This document shows, in pieces, positions 38,501-51,949 of a stretch of 64,000 nt of DNA. Every line of letters begins with the position of its first letter. The stretch's first letter is position 1. The notes beneath the pieces were generated by a model. The model saw nothing but the letters and a program-made list of their open reading frames with translations, made no database searches and had not been told where the DNA came from. Source of the stretch: Azolla caroliniana (lineage: Eukaryota > Plantae > Polypodiophyta); assembly GCA_043228905.1 (NCBI GenBank), contig JBHGNT010000013.1, positions 4,278,001 to 4,342,000 on the forward strand. Direction: 5' to 3'. The position numbers and the translations under genes are program-made.

Positions 38501-39467
38501 CAAGGGTGATTTTGATACCATCATAGTTAATGCAAAATCTTTTACATGAATAATCAGAAACCTTAATTTCACTTTCAACTGCTTCAAGCACTGACCAATC
38601 ATTTCACAGTTTTTCCAAGTTCGTTTTCCAAATATGCACTGACCAATCATTTTTCTTTCTTATGGTTTTCAGATCTTAATCCAATACCTAAATGATGTTT
38701 TGACTGTGTTCACTCTTTTGAGACATTCCTGGAACTCTTTTAACACATGCTTTCTGTTCATTCACAGAAGGCTTTATGTGGTGGCTCAAATCCATAGATT
38801 GGCCTTCGTCCATGCACATTAGGCCTAGGTTTTATGGATATGAAAAGGATTCTTATGTACGTTCTATTCATTTTCCATCCATTCCTTGTAAACAAATACC
38901 CTCTTTGTGTATTCAGGATTTGTGAGAGTAAACTGTTAAAATTTCCATCCATATGTTGATGTGTCATCATGTCATTAGAAATTTGAAAAACATTTAAATA
39001 AATGATGCTGATGATGATATGTCATGCATGTCACTAAAACATTTGCGTTCCTTTCTTCTAAAAATATGATCTTACTTAGCTTACTATTCCCTAAAAATGA
39101 TAAAACTCGAATTTTCAATGTCTCGTTCAATTCAGTCACTACCATGACATGGGTTCAGTTGGAAATAAGGCTTTAATCTCTAATCTTGCCATTTGTTTTG
39201 ATGGAGCAGGAATTGAAGTACTAATACATTCTTAGCGAATTCGAAAATATCGATTACAAAACAAAAATACTTGCCACATGTTTAATAATGAGGATCAAAT
39301 TCCAATAGAAAATTCACCCCAAGAGAGACAAAAACCCAGTATGTAATAATACCTGTGAAGGTTCTTCTTCTTCTTCTTCTTCTTCTTGGGTCAGGTGGAG
39401 GAGGCATTCTGTAAAAAGGCTGTGAGAGGGATGGGGGAGGTAGCAGTGGCAATGAAACCATCTCCAT
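35557..39467 (-). CDS. SKL1: Plastid shikimate kinase-like protein (SKL1-like), 10 exons, 266 aa
   Basis: Exons 39467-39353, 38276-38212, 38066-38012, 37887-37815, 37491-37404, 37268-37186, 36510-36378, 36230-36152, 36016-35952, 35601-35557. All GT-AG, 801 nt in frame. Protein core [44 protein letters not shown]...FRDAETEVLKQLSCMGRLVVATGGD...WLDVP, with a transit-peptide-like N-terminus. Shikimate kinase family is secure; SKL1 versus SK is inferred from motifs. Confidence 0.88.
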
Positions 39468-41706
39468 TTGGATGATGATGAAAACTCAAGAGTGGTAGTG
39501 CAGAGAGAAGCAGACAGATGAAAGGAGATTTATCTCCCCTCTCTTCCCACATTCCACTTTGTCACATTACACATTCATAGCTTCTGAGTTCTAACTCCAC
39601 TCGGACAGGCGCAGCCCAAATCGCCTCACCCCAATTGATACACCCCGGTTGGTTGATACGCCCCCCGTGTTGGAGCTAAGATCGCCAGTCCTGAAACAAT
39701 ATCAGTAGTATATGATGAAGACTAACAAGTTATGATAGCAATTGTAGACTATGGTGGACAGATCAGACAATGCAACCTCACAAAAACAAGATCAAAGAGA
39801 CAGGATACAAGTGAGAAAGAGAGGATAGTGTGAATACGTTCATAAAGTACCCGTATTCGACACTCCCCCGTAATGGGCATATACAAAATAAAATATGTAC
39901 TACATGGACTAAACAAAAGAATACATATTTATACAACAGTTGTTAGACATATCGGCCTTGTCCAAATTAGAAATATCTGGGTCAGAAGGGCTGAAGCTGA
40001 ATCGACCAGTCCGAGAGTACATCTAAGTCGGGGTGTTCGAAGATGATTCATCTACGCCGATTGTCGAATGTCGGAAAACCTGTCCTGTGTACGACTCAAT
40101 CAGATTGTTTTTCCTGAACGCCCATCTGGTGCCTAAGAGACCGAAATCGGTCTGTCCAAAGACACTTGGTCATCCCTTCTACGACATTATCGGCTGTAGA
40201 TATCTTCTCAAGGCCGATTTTCCCTGAAATGACGCAGTCCTGAACGAAGTGGTATCGAATGTTGATGTACTTGGAGACTTTATGATGAATCAGATTCTTT
40301 GACAAAGCAACAGTGCCCTGACTGTCGTTGTAGACAACTAGAGCTGAACTGGGATCGACATGTCGAAATGCACACGCCAATCGACTGAGCCATAGAGCCT
40401 CTTTCGTCGCATCGGGCGCGACTAAGTATTCGGCCTCGATCGTTGAAGTGGTTGTACATTCTTGAAGTTTCGACTTCCACGAAATTGCTCCATTGCCGAA
40501 TTTGAAGAAGTATTCGGTCGTCGACTTTTGACTGTCCACACAACTGGCAAAGTCTGAGTCAGTGTAGCCGACTACGCCTAGGTTCTTATTCGGACTGAAG
40601 AGGATTCCAAGGTCTTGTGTGCCTACCAGATATCTGAACACATGCTTGATTTTGTTTCAGTGCGATCGGCCAGGGTTGTGCATGAATCTACTTATGACTC
40701 CTATGGCATGATCAATGTCAGGCCATGTTGCAACCATCGCGTACATCAGGGAGCCGATTGTCAGTGCGTATAGTACTAACTTCATATCATCCCCCTCTGG
40801 ACTAGATATCGGACAATCTCTCAGAGAGAGCCAAAGATTAATGCGGAGCGGGGTCGAAGCAGATTTTGATCAATTTCATGTTGAAGGACTCCAGGACACA
40901 TATGATGTAGTCGACTTGATACAAGAATAATTGTCGCTAATTTCGGAGCCGACTAATCTTCATTCCTAGTATGTGTCAAGCAAGACCTAGGTCCATTGCA
41001 AACTTCAACCACAGTTGTTGAACAAGATCAGCAAGCTCTCCAGCATGCCGGTCAGAGTGAAGCATGTCGTCCACGTAGAGGATGACGAAGATGGCAACCC
41101 ATCTTGAGTTATTTTGGAGAAGAGACAGTGGTCCTCATCACTCTTGGAGAAGCCAACTGATTGTATAAAATCATCGAACTTCTTATACCATGGTCGTGGA
41201 GCCTGCTTTGGGCCATAGAGACCCTTCGTGAGTTGGCAGAATAGATGTTCACGGCTAGGTTCAATAAAGCCTTTCGGTTGTTCCATGTAGATTTCCTCCT
41301 CGAGGTCACTGTGGAAGAGTGTCGTCTTCACCTCTAGCTGTATCAACTCCAAGTCTTCGGTTGCCACTACGCTGAGTAAGAATTGAAGGGTGGTCATTTT
41401 CACAACTGGTGAAAAAATCTCGTCGAAATCGACACCATATTGCTATCGGAAACCCTTCGCAACTAAACTAGCCCTATACATGTAGAATTTGACGTTTCTT
41501 TTAGTCGATAGACAATTTTCATGAAAGCGCACATCCATTTCTCGGTACTTCAACTAGGTCCCATGTCTTATTGTGCCTAATGGAGTTAGGTGGCCGAATC
41601 AATGCATGTTGATGCTTCTTTCCTAGGAAGTCGGATTGCCGGTGTCCATAAAAAAGAGACCAAGAGAGTATCTCTCCGGTGGTTGAGATAATCGTTTGGA
41701 TCGTTG

Positions 41707-42439
41707 TGACGGGAACTCTACGCTCCTTATGTCCAACGCTCGGCCACAACCGAGCTTCTTTTCATACGCAGAAAACGGGAAACAAATGCACGACACAAAG
41801 GAGAGAAAAAATTATACACAGGAGGTTTACGTGGAAAACCCCAAACTAGGGGAAAAACCATGGCAGCCCACAGGCTGCAAACTGTCACTATGTAAGAATG
41901 TACAACAGTGAGTTCATTGAGGCAACGACCTCGTGCTCACAGATCTTCGCCACAGGCGGCGGTTACAACAGAGGCAACGACCTCTTTATCTCTCTCTCTC
42001 TTTGTGTACAATTACGCACACTGATCTCGTGCAAAACAGAAAATGACAACAACTAACTAAAAGTTTGCCCTAAGTCATATTTATACTAATATGACTTTTT
42101 GGCTATTTACAAATATAGCCTCGATGAACTCTTGGAAAACATATTTACGAATATGTCTCTTCATCCGGTTCTCACCGGGTCTGCACCATCCGTCTCTCCG
42201 TAGCCGGGTACTCCTCTTCCGGTTTCGGTCGAGGCCTATCGGCCTCGGCCGAGATTGTTCGTCGGCACTCCGTATCTGCACCATCAGGCTCTCCGTAGCC
42301 CGGTACTCCTCATCCGGTTCATACCGGGTCTGCACCATCCGGCTCTCCGTAGCCGGGTACTCCTCATCCGGTTTCGACCGAGTTTATTTATCGGCACTGT
42401 TCTTCTCCCTTCCCATCCGGAGGGACCTGTCTCCCAACA
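41707..42439 (-). mobile_element. Solo LTR (733 bp) inserted in element E
   Basis: TG...CA ends. TSD CGTTG at 41702-41706 and 42440-42444. Three internal ~45-bp repeats TGCACCATCCGGCTCTCCGTAGCCGGGTACTCCTC at 42182-42375. Confidence 0.9.
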
Positions 42440-43538
42440 CGTTGTAGGACGAATGGGCTCACCGGATCATCACTGATGATCATCTCTTGAGTCTCCGATC
42501 CACTCTGTGAATCGCTACTTGGGCGTGCTATGTTGCCGCTCTAGTGTGTTGTGTTGGGTCGTCAAGAGGAGTCAAGGCATCCGAAAAAATGACTCTTTTG
42601 ACTTCAATTAGCCTTTCGATTGACTTGTGCATTTCTGACTCATTGAAAATGACGACTAAGCTTCGAATGATTTGTCTGTTTTCCAGATCCCAGAGTTGGT
42701 AGCCGAATTCGCCTTCTGATCCATAACTGAGGAAAATACATTTCCTGGATTGCAGCTCTAACTTTTGGTGATCGCCCTTTGGCACAAGGGTGAATGCTTC
42801 GCAACCAAAAACCCGCAGCTTCTCATCATTCGACCTTTGGCCGGTCCAAAGCTCCTGCGGGATTTGAAGTCCTAAGGCCTACTCGACGACGTATAAATTA
42901 TGTGCACGATAGTGAGTAGCGCCTCTACCCAGAATCCATTTGAAAGTCCAACATGTTGCATCATGGTGACAATTCGCTTCTTAATTACATCCGATTCATT
43001 CGTTCTGCAACTCCATTTTGCTTCAAACTATGTGGGATCATGAGTTCTCATCTTATGCCGTGTCGTAGGCAAAATTTGACGAATTCGTCTGATTGGAATT
43101 CTCCACCATTACCCGATCTTAAGCATTTCAACTTTCAGCCTGACTGGTTTTCAAGCATTGCAAGCCATTCTTGAAAGATCATGAACACTCGATTTTTTTT
43201 TCATCGGATAAATGTGAATCTTCAATAAATGTGATGACCTAAGAAGTGTCACCGAGAGACTGATGTGACATTGGACCACAAACGTCCGAATGAACCAAGT
43301 CAAGGGGATTCAACTCTCTTGGCTCTCTTGTTGGGTGTGTGGCGGCAATTTGTTTGGCGTATTGACAGTGTTCGCAAAACTGATGGTTAGAGAATGAGAG
43401 CTTGGGGATGTAGTTGGCTCTAGATAGATGCGTGATGCTGACTTTGCTGAGATGACTGAGTCAACCGTGGCATAGTGATGACATGGGAATGTCTACCAAG
43501 AATAGGTCACCCTCTCTAAGAGTGACATATAATGGGTA

Positions 43539-43828
43539 CAGTGAGTGCACCTTTCGTCCTCTAGCAATCAAGAGATTCCCCTGGTGGAGTGGCCACCCTC
43601 TTGTCAAGAAACCGACATGGATGCCATCTTCATCCAATTGTCTAACCGAGATCGGCAGTCTTCAAACCTCAGGTACGTGTCAGACAGTGAGTGCACCTTT
43701 GGTCCTCTAACAATCAAGAGATTCCCCCGGTGGAGTGTCCACCCTCCTGTCAAGAAACCGACACGGATGCCATCTTCCTCCAATTGTCTGACCAAGATCG
43801 GCAGTCTTCAGACCTCAGTTACATGTCA
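43539..43828. repeat. ~146-bp tandem duplication inside element E pol
   Basis: CAGTGAGTGCACCTTT... starts at both 43539 and 43685. Confidence 0.85.
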
Positions 43829-45352
43829 CACATTACGTAATACTAATGTAGAACCACCTAAAAGGTTAAGCTCTACTATGCCGATTCCAATTATAGCACA
43901 ATCCTACGAATTTCCGACTCAAACTGAGTCGGAATGCCGGGCTGAATATTCTTGAAATTGGGAACGATGAGGTGTGACATGGTAGGATACACCCAAATCC
44001 AAAAACCATGTGTGTGATTCCTCAATCATAAGTAGAACTTCCGATTTGACTGTGTGTTCTATGAACAAATGTTCGGGTTGTCCGTCAATACTTCGGTTAA
44101 AGAGTCGATGTAGTTGACCTCCTCATGTTGGTCACCCTTCTGATTAGTTCGTTGAGCCTTATCATTCTTGGATTTGAGTGTGCGGAAATTGGCCTTGATA
44201 TGTTTGGGTTTCTTGTAGTAATTGCAGATTCAATTATCTTGAGGCTTGCTCCAGCTTCGCGTATTGGTGGGTGGTCGAGAAGAACTTCTTCCTCGACTGA
44301 ACCTTGTACTACGTAGGCGTCATTGGCCAAATCGTTTGCAAATGATTTCCTCTTAGTAGCTTCCGTCAAGATTGAGCTCATGACTTCGGAGTACTTCATG
44401 GTGTCAGTCGACGCATTGCACACAGTTGTGACAAAAGTTTCCCACGAAGGGGGGAGACTACTCATGAGCAACATTGCTTTTAATTCCTCTTCAATTGTTG
44501 TCCCCTAAGCTGAGATTTGGGAGTTTAGGCTTTTGTACTTGTTGAGGTGTGCCTGGACCAAGTCGGATTCTTTCATCCGAAGATTGTAGAGGCGTTGAAT
44601 CATATATATCTTTGTGGTGGCAACTTTTTTTTCGTAAGTGTTTGAGAGTGTCTTCCATAGTTGGAAGGCAATCAAATACGATTTCACTATGAAGTACACT
44701 AACTCTGACAAGTGCATCCAAATGATGGCACGAACAATTCTATCTAGCTTCATCCACTTATTTGATTGGTATCCTTCTCGAGGATTCTCAAACTCGATCG
44801 GATATATCTAACCTTTGACAATCACATAGTCCTGCATTTGTTCCTTTTAGAAGTTGAAGTTCGATCTGTCAAACTTCCTTAGACTCATTTCTGATGAGTC
44901 GGATCTTGATGCCATTTCTATGTCAGCTGACTAGGATCTGTCCGGGGTCGACTACGAACAGTGGTGGGATGTAGCTGACTGGCTCACCCGATATCATTCT
45001 AGTCGGATTTGGACATGAGTCTAATCGACTTCAACTATTGGCAGGATAGCTACAGTCGATCGACCTAGCCGAATTGGACACGAATGCGCCGATTGGTTAG
45101 GCAATTGAATATTCAGATGGCAATTGGGTACTAAACTTGCTCGGAGTGGTTATGGAGATTGGAGGGACAAAGCCAAATGTTGCCTAACTGAGTTGAGCAC
45201 AATGAACTGCTGATCTGAATCCGATTGCCGATTTTATGGGCGGATCACATATTATGTGCCGATTCTTCATGTCCGCCTTGCTCCAGATGACTGTCGTGGT
45301 TGAGCAAACAACGTCGAGTTGCCTATCCAAATACTACTCAATCGGATGGAAC

Positions 45353-48300
45353 TGTTGGGGACAAGGCCGTCAATGCGGAAGTGCAAGCAACATTTGTGAT
45401 GAAGGAGAACCTGTGTATGCATGAGCAAGATAGACACAGAGGGAGAGAGGCACAAACAAAACGTTATATTCCAAATAGCAACTGTTACAAATGAAAACCA
45501 ACCTTCACTAAAGGTTACAAAGTCACTATCCTAGGGCAACTGCCCTTTATGCTATTTACAAAAATAGCCCGAACTTGGGCTGTCCAAAGGGACAGTGTGA
45601 ATACGGCCATTATACACTCGTATTCGACACTCCCCCGTAATGGGTGTATACATGGGTTATCTTAAAGAATTACAGGTATATATACAAGGTTTATCAAATA
45701 GATCGGTTTTGTTAGAGTCGGCAAGATCCGAGGACAGAAGACCGAATCGGTCGGGTCGGAAGAGCTAAAGCTGATCCTCAAAGAACCGATGTCGGAAACC
45801 ATCCTGTGCTATGTGTCTAACTTTAAACGAACCGATTTTTCTTTACGCCCATCTGGTGGCGAAGGGACCGGAAGCGATCCGCCGAAAGACACTTGGTCAT
45901 TCCATCTGCGACATTATCGGTTATGGATATCTTCTCGAGACCGATTTTCCCTGAAATGACGCAGTCCCGAACGAAGTGATATCGAACGTCGATATGCTTA
46001 GAGGCGTTGTGGTGAACCGGATTTTTTGACAAAGCAACAACACCCTGACTGTCGCTGTAGACAACTGGAGCCGAGTTGGAGTCGACCTGCCGAAGCGTGT
46101 GCGCCAGCCAACCGAGCCATAAAGCTTCTTTTGCCGCGTCGGATGCATATTCCACTTCGGTCGTTGAGGTGGTTGTGCACTCCTGAAGTTTTGACTTCCA
46201 CGAGATTGCTCCATTGCCGAATTTGAAACAATATCCGGTTGTTGATTTCTGACTATCCACACAACCGGCGAAGTCCGAGTCGGTGTAACCGACTATGCCT
46301 GAGGTTGAATTCGGGCTGAAAAGAATGTCGTGGTCTTTGTGCCAGCTAGATATCTGAACACATGCTTGACTGTTCCAGTGCGATCGGTCGGGTTTGTGCA
46401 TGAATCTGCTGACGACTCCTACGGTGTGAGAAATATCAGGCCGTGTTGCGACCATCGCGTACATGAGGGAGCCGACTGCCGGTGCATACGGTACCGACTT
46501 CATATCTTCCCCCCCTGGACCAGATGTCGGACAGTCTCGCTGAGACAGCCGAAGGTTGATGGGGAACGGGGTCGAAGCAGACTTGGCCGATTGCATATTG
46601 AAGCGTTCTAAGACACGTCCGATGTAGTCGGTTTGAGACAAGAAAAGTTGTCGTGTATCACGATACCGACTAATCTTCGTACCAAGTAGGTGTCTTGCCG
46701 GACCGAGGTCCTTCATGGAATACTTCAACCGCAGTTGCCGAACGAGTTCGGTGAGCTCTCCGACTTGCCGACCGGAGAGTAGCATGTCGTCCATGTAGAT
46801 GATGAGGAAGACGGGAGACCCGTCTTGAGCTGTTTTGGTGAAGAGACAGTGGTCCTCATCGCTCTTTGAGAAGCCGACTGATTGGATGAAGTCGTCAAAC
46901 TTCTCGTACCACTCTCGGGTGCCTGTTTCAGGCCGTAGAGACTCTTCTTGAGTGGGCAGACTAGATGTTCCTGGCCGGATGCCACAAAGCCTTTCGGCTG
47001 CTCCATATAGATTTCCTCCTGTAGGTCACCGTGGAGGAATGTCTTTTTTACATCTAGGTGAATCAGCTCCAAGTTGTTGGCGTCCACGATGCCGAGCATG
47101 AAACGAAGGGTCGTCATTTTCACCACTGGTGAAAAGATTTCGTCGAAGTCGACGCCATATTCTTATCGAAATCCCTTCGCAACTAATCTGGCCTTGTACT
47201 TTGAGGTGGTCGATTCAGACGTCTCTTTTAGTCGATAGATCCACTGACACGGAAGAGCACATTGATTCTTCGGTAATTCGACCAAGTCCCAAGTCTTGTT
47301 TGCTCGAATGGACTGCATTTCCGACTCCATCGCCATATGCCATGTGGCTGAATCGGCAGATGCCGATGCTTCTTCATAAGACGTCGGTAAGGAAAATTTC
47401 GGGAGAGTACCTCTCCGAAGGTTGCGACAGTCTCTCGGATCTGCGAGGTATGACTGGACTAGTCGCACCAGGTGTCAATGTCGGATGGTCGGGAGCCGAG
47501 CCATTCGGCTGTCCCGAATCGGTGGATTCGGTGCGAGAGTTGTCGGTTACCTGTGAAACCGATCTCGTGTTGTGGACTGGGCCGTCATGAAGGGTTGGCA
47601 CTTCGGAAAATATTACCCTTCGGACTTCAATAGGCCTTTCGGCCGTTTTATGCATAGCCGACTCGTTGAACACGACGTCTGAACTTCGGACGATTTGTCT
47701 GTACTCGGGGTCCCAGAGTCGGTATCCAATCTCACCGTTGGGTCCATATCCAAGAAAAACACATTTCCTTGACCTTGGTTCGAGTTTCTGACGGTCGTCT
47801 TTCGGTATGAGAGCATACACCTTGCAACCGAAGATCCTCAGTTTGTCATAATTCGGCTTACTCCCGGTCCATATTTCCTGAGGTATTTGAAGTCCTAGAG
47901 GTCTACTTGGCGACATATTTATTATGTGTACTACCGTAAGTAGAGCCTCCACCTAGAAGCCATCCGACAGTCCGGAGTGTTGGAGCATGGATACTACGTG
48001 TTCTTGAATCGTCTGATTCTTGCGTTCAACAATTCCGTTCTGCTCCGAACTATAGGGTGCCGTATATTCACGTCAAATGCCGCGTTCCCGACAAAATTTG
48101 ACGAATTCTTCAGACTTGAATTCTCCTCCATTGTCGGTTCAGAGACATTTCAGTTTCCGACTGGTCTGATTTTCAACCATTGCAAGCCATTCAGAGAAGA
48201 TCGAGAACACCCGATCTTTGGTTCTGATGGGATAAGCCCACACCTTCCGAGTCGAGTCGTCAATAAAATTGACGAAGTACGAAGCACCGCCAAGAGACTG

Positions 48301-51163
48301 ATGTGGCATCGGGCCACAGATGTCCGAGTGGACCAAATCGAGGGGACTCGATTCTCTTGGTGCTGATGTCGGGTGTGATGTGGCTACCTGTTTTCCGTAC
48401 TGGCAATGCTCGCAGAATTGGTGATCCGAGAAAGAGAGTTTGGGGATGTAACCGGCTCTGGATAGGTGTGTTATGTCGGCCTTGCTGAGGTGTCCAAGTC
48501 ATCCGTGCCATAACGATGACACGGGGATATCAACCAAAAATAAGTCACCCTCTTTGAGTGTGACATATAAAGGATACAAGGAATGTACCTTTGGTCCTCG
48601 AGCAAGTAGGAGGTTCCCTTTGTGGAGTGTCCACCCTCCTAATGAGAATCCGGCACGGATGCCGGCTTCGTCAAGTTGTTGGACTGAGATCAAGGGTCTT
48701 GAAAGCTCAGGAACGTGTTGGACGTTGTGTAGTACGAGTGTAGAGCCTCCCGAAAGATTGAGCTCTACGGTGCCGATTCCGATTATAGCACAGTGCTGCG
48801 AGTTTCCAACTCGAACTGAGTCGGAGTGCCGGTCCGAGTATGGCCGAAACTGAGATCGGTGAGGTGTCACATGATACGATGCGCCTGAGTCCAGGAGCCA
48901 TGTGCTCGATTCCTCAGTCATAAGCAGAACTTCTTATTCGATTGGGTTCTCTATGGACAGTATGTTCGGGTCAGTCGTCAAAATTTCGGTTGAAGAGCCG
49001 ACGTAGTTAACCTCCTCATGCCAGCTACTCTTCTGATCCGCTCTCTGAGCTTTGTCGGTTTTTGCTTTGAGTGCTCGGCAGTCGGCTTTGATGTGTCCTG
49101 GTTTCTTGCAGTAGTTGTAGATTCAGTTGTCTTGGGACTTGCTCCGGCTTCACTAATTGTTCGGCGGTTGGGAAGAACTTCTTCCCCGGTTGTTCGATTG
49201 GTCGGTTGAACCTTGTACTACGTAAGCTTTATCTGCCGAGTCTTTGGCGAAAGACTTTCTCCGAGTTGCTTCAGTCAGGATTGTGCTCGTGACTTCGGAG
49301 TATTTAACAACAATTGTTGAAGCATTGCACACGGTTGTAACGAAAGTTTCCCATGAAGAGGGGAGACTACTCATGAGTATCATTGCTCTGAGTTCATCCT
49401 CGATTGTTGTCCCCTGAGACGAGATTTGGGAGTGTTGAGAGACAAGCTCAACATTGGCCGGATCGGCTGAGCAAGCCGAGGATCGGATCGGTTGGGACCG
49501 ATCGGTTAGGCCGGATCGGTACCGGTATGCAGACCGGTGCGTAGGGAGGCCGGATCGGTGCAGAAACCGTGAGGCCATCGGAAAGATATTCCGCAAGGAA
49601 TATATTTGGGAGTTAGTGTAGGGGCTCCTTAATGAGCATTGAAGTACTGTCAGTACTTCTGTTAGTCCGAAAAGGACTTGTATAAAAGTGTTCATTGAAC
49701 ACACACGATACATAGATTGAGTATTATTTCGAATATAGTTCTGGTTTTTACTCTCTCTGTCTCTCCCGTGCGTATGTGCAAACCTAAGCTTTCCATTAAA
49801 CCTGCATTTTCTGTTGTTCGGTTTCCTATATTGCTTCCGCACGCCATTCTTTTCAGGGAGCTTATGCTTTCTTACTCGTTGAGGTGTGCCTGAACCGAAT
49901 CGGATTCTTTCACCTGCAAGTTGTAGAGGCGCCGGATTAGATACATCTTCGTTGCGGAAACCTTCTTTTCATAAGTTTCCGACAGTGTTTTCCAAAGTTC
50001 AAACGTTGTCGTGCATGATTGTACTGTGAAGTACACTGACTCCGACAAGTGCATCTGAATCGTGGCGCGGACGATTCTGTCTAGCTTTAGCCACTCGTTT
50101 GCCTTGTATGCTTATGGAGGATTTTCATTCTCAATAGGGTCTATCTGACCCTTGACCATGAGATAGTCCTGTATTTGTTCCTTCCAGAAGTTGAAGTTGG
50201 AACCGTCGAACCTCCTTAGACTCATCTCCGATGAGCCGGATGTTGATGCCATCTACTTCGGTTTTGGTTGGTAAGACTCAGTTCGGAGTTGACTACGAAC
50301 CATAGTGGGGTGCAACCGGTTGGCTCACCCGATATCGTTCTAGTCGGTTTTGAACCTGAGTTGGTTTGGTTTCGGATACTTGTTGCTGAACCTGCTTGGA
50401 GTGACTCCAGTTAGCTTCCGATTGTATGCCGAATACCGATTACACGAAACCGATTGTTTGGGCCGATTCTGCTTCGGATGACTGCAGCAATGAGAGGGAC
50501 GGATCCAACTGATCCTCCCGAATGTCGATAAGCCGAGTGAAGCACGAAGTGGTTGTTGCCAGGAAACCAATCTACAGCAGGTGGTTACAGCAAGCGGGTG
50601 AATAGCGTCCGGTGACCTATTCGAATGTTGTTTAACTGAATGAAGCACGATTGGGTCAGTTGTTGCTCAAGGAGCTCCCCTCAAGCGGTTACAATAATAG
50701 GAACAAAGTACAACCGACTGGCTTACTCCAATTTGTGATTTAACAAAGTGAGATGCAAGATTTTTGTTTTTCTTCTCCCTTCTCTGTTCTTCAAAGAAAA
50801 CGAAAACAGAATGTTGTGTTGTGCGATGACGGCCATCAACGGGTTGAAGAACCTCCAACACTCTGATACCAAATGTTGGGGACAAGGCCGTCAATGCGGA
50901 AGTGCAAGCAACATTCGTGATGAAGAAGAACTTGTGTATGCATGAGCAAGATAGACACAGAGGGAGAGAGGCACAAACGAAACATTATATTCCAAATAGC
51001 AACTGTTACAAATGACAACCAACCTTCACTAAAGGTTACAAAGTCACTTTATATAGTGACTATCCTAGGGCAACTGCCCCTTATGCTATTTACAGAAATA
51101 GCCCAAACTTGGGCTATCCAAAGGGACAGTGTGAATACGGTCATTATACACTCGTATTCGACA
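45353..51163 (-). mobile_element. Ty1/Copia LTR retrotransposon F nested in the leader of related element E
   Basis: LTRs 45353-45629 and 50874-51163. TSD GGAAC at 45348-45352 and 51164-51168. PBS TGGTATCAGAG at 50861-50871, PPT present. gag, PR WLLDSGAS, IN VHSDICGP, RT YMDD, RH. Confidence 0.95.
49433..49855 (+). mobile_element. Solo LTR (423 bp) related to the element B LTR, inserted in F gag
   Basis: TGTTGAGAGACAAGC...TTTCA. TSD GGGAG at 49428-49432 and 49856-49860. Shares blocks with 33535-33934. Confidence 0.92.
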
Positions 51164-51949
51164 GGAACGTGGTTGGAGCCGTCGGGGTGGATATCCCACT
51201 TTGAGTGGTTACAATCACAAGAGCGAAAAGCAGTCGATTGTCTTGCTTTAGAGGTGATTTAACTTAGTGAAGTGCAGATCCACAAGTAACTTTCTCTTCT
51301 CAAAATGAGACCTTGGTGGTTGTTGAGCAACAGATTTCAGTTCGACCGAGCTCTCAGAATCTGTTGTGGTAAGTGTTGTCAACTTGAAGTCTTCAAGGGG
51401 ATGGAAGCAGGAATACTATTGAGAACGAACGACCAATTGCAGCTTAAAGAACCTTCACTCTGATACTAGATGTTGGAGTTGAGACCGTTAGTCCTCAAAC
51501 GATATCAACAATATATGATGAAGACTAACAAGTTATGACAGTAGTAGCCTATGGAGATCAGATAAAACAAGGCAAACTCACAACAACAATATCAAAGAGA
51601 CAGGATATGAGTGAGAAAGAGAGACAAAGAGTAGGCACACAATGTCACTGTATTATTCAAGATGGCAACGACAACAACCTTTTTAAAACTAGGTTACAAA
51701 GAATCAATTTAACCACTTATTTAATCGCTTTTGAATTTAATCGTTTGTTTACAAAGATACTAGTTTCTTCTGAATTTAATCGCTTGTTATGTTTGGGGGT
51801 CAAAGAAGTCAGAGATGTAGTCGAGACTCGATCTCAAAGAATTTTGGAGTTTGTTCAAGCATGACAATTTTTATGCATCCCACACAATAATGGGTTTATC
51901 TGACAAAAACTAAAAGATATGACATTGATGCAAGGCCCTTTGACTCTAC

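Larger units (their letters stand above)
39668..51705 (-). mobile_element. Ty1/Copia LTR retrotransposon E (old, defective; hosts a solo LTR and element F)
   Basis: Short 3' LTR 39668-39862 with PPT. Related 5' LTR from 51471, far end unclear. Decayed PBS at 51457-51468. RH/RT 40096-41640, IN 42445-43480, PR ~44000, gag 44100-44915. Confidence 0.85.

Noticed and set aside
49153-49842. 229-aa ORF and the similar 287-aa ORF at 61739..62602
   Set aside because: Chimeric read-through between solo LTRs and host TE frames, not genes
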